A DNA stretch of 60,823 nucleotides, counting the filler, from Globobulimina sp. (lineage: Eukaryota), in the NCBI GenBank assembly GCA_003354225.1. It is 17 parts of 17 records of this genome, joined end to end, with 100 filler letters (N's around TTAATTAATTAA, not from the genome) between each part and the next. Parts side by side here need not be neighbours in the genome. Positions count along the whole stretch, not along the records: positions 53,762 to 57,242 come from PIVH01002694.1; positions 57,343 to 60,823 come from PIVH01002695.1; 15 more parts are not named here. One strand, given 5' to 3'. A program made the translations under genes and the position numbers. The notes below the pieces were generated by a model. That model had not been told where the DNA came from. It saw only the letters and a program-made list of their open reading frames with translations, and ran no database searches. Below, one piece after another: positions 54,411 through 60,823 of the stretch (position 1 is the stretch's first letter; the number at the start of each line of letters is the position of its first letter).

Positions 54411-56714
54411 TTACATGGATCTTTCAGATTTGCATATTGGTTCTGTCCCTTTCAGATATAAATTACATGGATCTTTCATATTGGTTCTTTCAGATTTCTT
54501 GATATAAATTACATGTTCTCCATTCTGTCCCTTCCTGTCATCAATGGACGCATTCGAATTCATAATGCTTTTAATTTTATAATCTCTGTTCATAAGATGT
54601 CCGCGTTTGGAGTGGATTCTTCTTCGTTTTCGGTGTAGTTTGGTTACAATATCTTCTTCATTATAATTATAATCTGCTGTGCTTATATTTGTGTCGTAAT
54701 GTTTGACAATATGTGGAAATAAAGTGATAGCAACACCGCCTGGATAGTTATACGATGCTTCAATAACACCATACCACGCTGTACAGATTGATATTGTTAT
54801 CGATATGCATATTAATAATGGGATTATTTTGAGTTTGCTATGTTTACGATGCGAATTATTCAGTATCAGACGCGGAATTTCTTTGTAAATTGTTTTAAAA
54901 TATCGTCTAAATGATATGACAGAGAGTGGTGTTTCTAACGAGACCAATTTCTTCACAATGCATGAAATTAATAAATTGTTTGGAATCCATAGGAAAAATA
55001 ATTCTTTTTGTCGCTGATACAAATTGTATTTAAACCAATATAAATTATGATTGTTATAGTTTACATTTGTAAATCCCCATAATGTGAATAAGCGGATACA
55101 GCCAATGGTGGATAATAATGTGCACGGAGCGATGATAAAAAATATGAATCGAATCTCTTTATGCGGTAAAAATGAATATAAAAATACGAAAAGGAAACAA
55201 ATTAGTAACAAATACACTGACTCCCAGTCAATAAATAAGCAAATTAATTTCCATAAACTCATACATTCAAACTCATTTTGTACATGTTGTAATTGGTGGT
55301 CTTTGTAATTGTGTTCTGACTGTTCTTTGTCAATTGACACAATCGCAAATGGTGAAAAACGGTTTGTTAACTCATAAAATAATAACATTGGATAGATTTT
55401 AAAAACAGAAAACAGCATAAAAAATGTATTAATTAATAACAGCTTTGGTATTAATGGAAAGAAATAATATGTCCATGGATCGGTGCCCCACTCTGACGAC
55501 TTATTATTGTATGTGTTATACCAAAATACTTCAAATTCGGGCCATGCAATGGATTTAAATCCAGTCCAAAACCAGGAATCAATAAATATGCTCAATATAA
55601 TACAACATAATGAAGCAACTATGCCATAGATTATAAATTGTGAGAAATTACGCAGACTCCTCTCCATTTTAAAGACAATAATCACTGCAATCAATGGTAT
55701 GGCAATCACAATCGTATCGCATCGGAATATAATGGTCGAGAATGCTAACCAAATTAATGTAAATTTGAATTGTTTCTTGAAATAATTTGCAAAAGCAATG
55801 GTAACGCATGGCAATGCTAAACAATTTGGTAATAATCGAGAAGAGTAAAACAAAAAATGAAATTGTGCTAAAATCAGAGTGGAAAAGAATAGCGAAAATC
55901 GCTGAATCATTGCTATTTTATTATGTTTTTTGTGTTGTTTGCATGCACGAATAATATTATGTGAATTGGAATTATGTGCCAATTGTTTGTAAATATCCGT
56001 TTGGTGGTTGATAAAGTAAGACATTATAAATGATTGACGAAATTTTGACAATGCGATCACATTAATGAATAATAAAGCAAATCGAATCAGATATTGGCAT
56101 TGTTGTTGAAGGTGTATTTGATGGCTTGTGATTGTGGTAAAATAACTAAATATGAGGGGGAATATATAAACAATGATAAATTTCCATGGATAGACCATTA
56201 GTGAGAGGAAAAATGCACCAATGAATGTTCTGGGAACAACGCCTGGAAATTCATAATGGTCATATTTGTCAATATTAAGATATCCATGAAATAGCATGTC
56301 GTGCGTGGCCTGCATATTGAACGACTCTTCAACTTTGGTATATGGTACAAAAACTACGTATAATGCACCAAAAGTAAATAATATTAAATCAACCGTAAAA
56401 TGAAAATTGCGCAGTTGATACGGTGATGTATTGTATATGTTCTCTAATAGGTATTCTCTGCATACTATTACATATTCATTACAATGTTTGCAATCACATT
56501 TGAATTCGAATGGATTATTTTTTGCTTTATTGTGCTTATTACTGTTTGTATTGTTTCGAGTTAATTTCTTTGTGAGACGTCTGTTGCGTTGCGACATTAG
56601 GACTAAAATTATTTTAGTACAAAATATCAAGATAATAATTAATGTGTGTATATTATTTTTGGAGTTACGTGGAGAATAATATGTCGACAGTGGAAAAGAG
56701 GCACTGAGGAACAA
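54411..56714 (-). CDS. ALG12: Dol-P-Man alpha-1,6-mannosyltransferase ALG12 (GT22); start uncertain, 3' end disrupted
   Basis: PYTKVEESFNMQATHD, YDHYEFPGVVPRTFIGA, QFHFLFYSSRLLPN, NKSSEWGTDPW, YSFLPHKEIRF and NYPGG. Confidence 0.93.
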   Translation of the reverse strand: MFLSASFPLSTYYSPRNSKNNIHTLIIILIFCTKIILVLMSQRNRRLTKKLTRNNTNSNKHNKAKNNPFEFKCDCKHCNEYVIVCREYLLENIYNTSPYQLRNFHFTVDLILFTFGALYVVFVPYTKVEESFNMQATHDMLFHGYLNIDKYDHYEFPGVVPRTFIGAFFLSLMVYPWKFIIVYIFPLIFSYFTTITSHQIHLQQQCQYLIRFALLFINVIALSKFRQSFIMSYFINHQTDIYKQLAHNSNSHNIIRACKQHKKHNKIAMIQRFSLFFSTLILAQFHFLFYSSRLLPNCLALPCVTIAFANYFKKQFKFTLIWLAFSTIIFRCDTIVIAIPLIAVIIVFKMERSLRNFSQFIIYGIVASLCCIILSIFIDSWFWTGFKSIAWPEFEVFWYNTYNNKSSEWGTDPWTYYFFPLIPKLLLINTFFMLFSVFKIYPMLLFYELTNRFSPFAIVSIDKEQSEHNYKDHQLQHVQNEFECMSLWKLICLFIDWESVYLLLICFLFVFLYSFLPHKEIRFIFFIIAPCTLLSTIGCIRLFTLWGFTNVNYNNHNLYWFKYNLYQRQKELFFLWIPNNLLISCIVKKLVSLETPLSVISFRRYFKTIYKEIPRLILNNSHRKHSKLKIIPLLICISITISICTAWYGVIEASYNYPGGVAITLFPHIVKHYDTNISTADYNYNEEDIVTKLHRKRRRIHSKRGHLMNRDYKIKSIMNSNASIDDRKGQNGEHVIYIKKSERTNMKDPCNLYLKGTEPICKSERSM

Positions 56715-57342
56715 TGGTAAATGCTGAAAAAAAACTGGTTAGTAAAAAACTTCAATTGACTACTGCCAATTAAGTTCGGAGCTTAAACAATCGAAAGCAT
56801 GTCACCTTTACAGTCACTTCTAGCCGAGATTGGATTTTTAAACTACGATAGCGGTTTATATACGAAACATCTATGTAACATATGCATATGCTATCTTAGT
56901 TTAAAAGCAATCTCAAAAACAACAGGCGATTTTGCAATAAAAAATAAAAAAACATAAAAAATAAAATAGTATATATAGACATTAGAGGTCGTTTGCAGCA
57001 TATTGGAATGGATTAAAATCAAGATCTAGAAAATAATTTGCGCAATATTGCGATTAATCATTAATGTGAATGCCGCAAATATGAGGGGTACGGCCCAAGG
57101 GCCAGATATATTTTCAAGCCTTATTGCCAACAATCAGTACTATACCAATGCGGCACAGCTAATTAATTCATCGCATATTTGGTCGTAAATACCAATTATT
57201 TGACTATTATGGCGCAGAGAATGCAGATCGATGCGTGGTTTTNNNNNNNNNNNNNNNNNNNNNNNNNNNNNNNNNNNNNNNNNNNNTTAATTAATTAANN
57301 NNNNNNNNNNNNNNNNNNNNNNNNNNNNNNNNNNNNNNNNNN

Positions 57343-59082
57343 ACTAGCTATTATATCACTGGTAATAGTACCTACACTAAGCTACTATTTACATGTTTAT
57401 TACCGACATCGTTCAAATCCAATTATTCACAAGAGACATTATAAGATAATGATTGTGTTTAATTTTTTATTAATGACAAGTTTGATTGGTGACAAGTCGT
57501 TATATATGGTGTCTATAATAATTACCGACACATTAGAAGAAGCGCATATGCATACAATATACGATATATCCGATTATGTCTATTTTTTTGTAGGTCCAAC
57601 AATTGTTTTATGCCTGGGTTTAGTAGTTTGGATGCTATATTTTGACATAACCTTTGCTCAAATTACTCATCCGGGGAATAAATGGACTCATTTCATTGAT
57701 CCACAATATAACCAAAAAGCATCCGAGCAAATGCTTTTTGCAAATAATTGGTACATTAAAAATCAATCTACATTCGGTAACACAAAGTGGTTAACAAAAT
57801 ATATAATCGCACCTTTCTCTGTATGCATATATATTACTTTGTTTTTATCGTTTTTCATTAATTCAAGTTTTCATTATTTGGTATTTATGTTCTGGATGGC
57901 TGTAACTGCTACTTTTGTGGCAGTGATATTTGTGAAAATACCTAAACAAAGAATTGAAGTCTTTAGAATCAAACAACAAATCGATCGAATGATGTACACT
58001 ACGTTGTCATTTGTCGCATTTTTTGCAATATACATTATACTCCGGTATGATATTTACAATTTTGAATATGCAACGTTGTGTATGTATTATTTATATATAC
58101 CACACTTCTAAGGCTATTTATTGTATCTCGCGAGTATCAGTTTGTGATGATTTTGCCGTTCCAATATATTTTTACAATGCATTATTTTATTGGTGGCTTA
58201 TTGTCGACGCGTTATGTGTTAACAGAATGTAACATATTGGTGGAAATGCGACATGTTACTTCGCTGAAAACTGTTGTTGGGAATGCATTAAAACTGACGA
58301 GAATCAATTCAGTATCACACAAAAAAGAACATTTATCGTTATCACGGATTTTAAGTCACAAGATCTCGTTCAATGCGTTTATGAGCCATTTACTGCGCGA
58401 GTTTAGTTCAGAAAACTTACTCTGTATATTGGAATGTTGGCAGTTTAAGGAAATGGTTCGAAATTTGAATGACAATGCAACAGAAACTGAATTGAAACAA
58501 AATGACGTATTACGTGGATATAGTTTAGATTTACCATTGGAAGATATGCCGGAATCGGTAATTGTATGTGATACTAATATTGGAATTGAGGAGAAAGCTT
58601 TGAAGTTAATTGAAAAATATATCTATTCGATCCATGGCGATTTGGTACAATTTGAAGTAAATATCAGTAGTCATTGTAAATATAAAATTGTACAGAAAAC
58701 ACAAGAATTGCATGAAATTGTTGTTACTTTGCAACAACTGTATGATTTGTTCGATGATATGATTATTGAATTAATTCGGCTGTTAAATGATTGCCATATA
58801 CGATTTATGCAAACGGAAGATTATAAACAACTATTTTTGCATGATGCTGAATTATCGAATAAAAATAAAAATAGCAAACAGCAGCCATCATCTCTTCCGC
58901 CTAAAATGCCGGACTTGTACGGATATGATGAGGTCGACGATGAATATGATCAGAAAGTGTATTCATTGTCAAATGAGACTCAAACTGTCAACAATAATGA
59001 CATTGATATCAATTTTGCCTTTGATGAAATCGGAGAAAGTGAAGTGTTGGAAAATGTTATTGTTGATATTGCAAAAACCTGA
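57343..59082 (+). CDS. Multi-TM (7TM-like) RGS-domain protein; split near 58080-58140 by a short intron or frameshift
   Basis: Several TMs, then ILSHKISFNAFMSHLLREFSSENLLCILECWQFK, KYI, FEVNIS and LLNDCHIRF (RGS). Confidence 0.8.
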
Positions 59083-59363
59083 ACAGAAGATCTGTTTATT
59101 TTGAGTGTGTACCAAGATCTTAAGATGTATATGTTTGAAGTGAAAAACTCTGTGTGTTTGAAATTAATTTAAAAATTTTTAAATTAAATGAGTATGAGTA
59201 TAAATTGAATTACAATAGAGTTTTTGCTGAAGGATACAAGAATACTAAAACTTGCTTGATTTAGAATTCGAAAAAAAAAGAGTAAGTTTTTAGTAAAAAC
59301 TCCCATCATATCAAAAGAGTCACATCATCAGTTCGTTGCAACCAAAACAGAACTGTCTCAAAT

Positions 59364-60001
59364 ATGGCGGATAAATCCATTCAAGTATGTTACTGAGATT
59401 ATAATGTAATGCATTTGAAACCACGATATTATGAATAGAACCGCAAATAAAATAATAACATTATAATTATGCATGTATCCTTGCGCACAATTTATTTGTC
59501 ATCAAAAACAATGCAAACCGTGTTGATAATAAACAGACAGAGAATGCGTTTCAAAAACAACACAATGTATTCAAAGGCTATAAAGATTTACGAGGGCCTC
59601 GCAAAAAAAACAAATATCCAAATAAAAGATGGTGGAAAAGGATCGGTTTAGGATTCAAAACGCCAAAAGAGGCCATCGAGGGCACTTATATTGACAGAAA
59701 ATGCCCATTCACCGGTTTAATATCCATTCGTGGCCGAATATTACAAGGAAGAGTAAGATCGGCCAAAATGCAAAGGACTATTATTGTGCGAAGAGAATAT
59801 TTACATTTTGTTCGTAAATATCAAAGATTTGAGAAAAGGCACACCAACATTCCTGCACATTTACCTCCATGTTTTCGAGTGAAAACTGGCGATACGGTGA
59901 CCATCGGACAATGCAGACCGTTATCCAAAACAATTAGATTTTGTGTTATACGAATTGATAAAACATCTTCTGGCCGAAGGCCCGCATTCACTGCCTTTTA
60001 A
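59364..60001 (+). CDS. RPS11: 40S ribosomal protein S11 (uS17), spliced
   Basis: MADKSIQ, intron 59385-59536 (GTATGT...ACAG), then TENAFQKQ...[24 protein letters not shown]...KYQRFEKRH...[12 protein letters not shown]. Confidence 0.97.
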
Positions 60002-60139
60002 CTTTTTAAATTGACATTTACAAATTGTTTGCTTTAATGATTCTACATCAATTATAAAAACATTGCCTAAACAGATCATAATGTTCTCCCAAAACTAGAC
60101 AATCAGCGACTTTTACAAATAAAGTTTTTGAAGAGCATC

Positions 60140-60769
60140 ATGAGCATGAAAATCTTTATCAAGCCATCTGGTAAAGAGAAGGTTGAGGTGACAGTGAACA
60201 TCGATGATTCAGCTGCAACACTTAGGAATGAACTACTTGAGCTTGGAATAAATCAAATGTTTATGGTTCAAGGGAGAAAAAAGAAGAAACAAATCGTTTT
60301 TCAAGGAAAACGATTAAATGATTATCATATTTTATCTCAACGTGGTGTACAAGATAATGATACATTGCATTTAGTTGCCGCAACGAGAGCTCATGCTCAA
60401 AGGGTTGTTGATAAGTGGTCTGATTATAAGGTAATGTTTCGAGCAATAAAATGGTCACAACAAAATATTCCATCCTCACATTCAAATTTAAATAATAACT
60501 TTCAAAGATTAATAGATATCATTGATAATGAGACACAGAATAAGCCATCAAACATTCGAGATGCTGACAAATTGATTGAAATTTTGGAAAGAGATGGCTT
60601 TTATTCCAATGCTGATAATCAACAATTTAAACTGTTCATTGATCAAAACCTTGGAAAAGTGTCTATTAATAATTATAAACCTTATATTAATATAGCATTA
60701 TTTGGAGGAGGGTTAATTGCAGCAGCTGTTATTTTGTATGTTTATCGAACATATAAAGCAAAAAAATGA
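60140..60769 (+). CDS. Tail-anchored ubiquitin-like domain protein
   Basis: MKIFIK...IVFQGKRLND...GVQDNDTLHLV (UBL). C-terminal TM IALFGGGLIAAAVILYVY. Confidence 0.8.
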   Translation: MSMKIFIKPSGKEKVEVTVNIDDSAATLRNELLELGINQMFMVQGRKKKKQIVFQGKRLNDYHILSQRGVQDNDTLHLVAATRAHAQRVVDKWSDYKVMFRAIKWSQQNIPSSHSNLNNNFQRLIDIIDNETQNKPSNIRDADKLIEILERDGFYSNADNQQFKLFIDQNLGKVSINNYKPYINIALFGGGLIAAAVILYVYRTYKAKK

Positions 60770-60823
60770 CAATTTAAAAATTAAATTATTGCTATAAGAA
60801 CAATGTACACACAACATTCATGA

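Noticed and set aside
3491-57342. Regularly spaced TTAATTAATTAA motif (~3.58-kb period) as a biological repeat, and gene clusters spanning the N gaps
   Set aside because: The motif is always embedded in N44 on both sides and contig lengths decrease monotonically. It is a concatenation linker, so adjacency across it means nothing. ORFs ending in X...LIN are artefacts.
59385-59536. Longer RPS11 intron as a snoRNA host
   Set aside because: No properly placed box C (RTGATGA) with terminal box D, and no convincing H/ACA hairpins by eye.
1-60823. tRNA/rRNA genes or a non-standard genetic code
   Set aside because: No tRNA or rRNA was recognised by eye. Conserved proteins read through without in-frame stops, and long ORFs end at TAA, TGA or TAG.

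Overview
This window is not one locus. It is 17 short contigs (3490 down to 3481 bp, sorted by decreasing length) joined by an artificial 100-nt spacer (N44-TTAATTAATTAA-N44), so gene neighbourhood is only meaningful inside a contig. Sixteen contigs are gene-dense, AT-rich eukaryotic DNA with the standard code, short GT-AG introns (about 56-152 nt) and very short intergenic spacers. The gene-family mix suggests a protist, most plausibly a foraminifer/Rhizarian (inference). Recognisable genes: fatty acyl-CoA reductase, a single-chain beta-alpha nitrile/thiocyanate hydratase, eIF3c, G-alpha, AP-3 delta, PPCS, GINS Psf3, ALG12, tyrosine aminotransferase, PhoD, a Nudix hydrolase, a multi-TM RGS protein and RPS11. 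Contig 2 (3591-7078) is instead a gene-free nest of DNA transposons and satellites. The best novelty candidates are: (1) a type II membrane PL7 alginate-lyase-fold/sulfotransferase fusion; (2) the fused Co-type hydratase with a thiocyanate-hydrolase-like Arg after CTLCSCYP; (3) a 67-bp-period array of bulged GNA-loop DNA hairpins that truncates an oxidoreductase ORF; (4) an NDR-type kinase whose hydrophobic motif occurs on both sides of a VWA module. All calls come from motifs read by eye; no database search was run.
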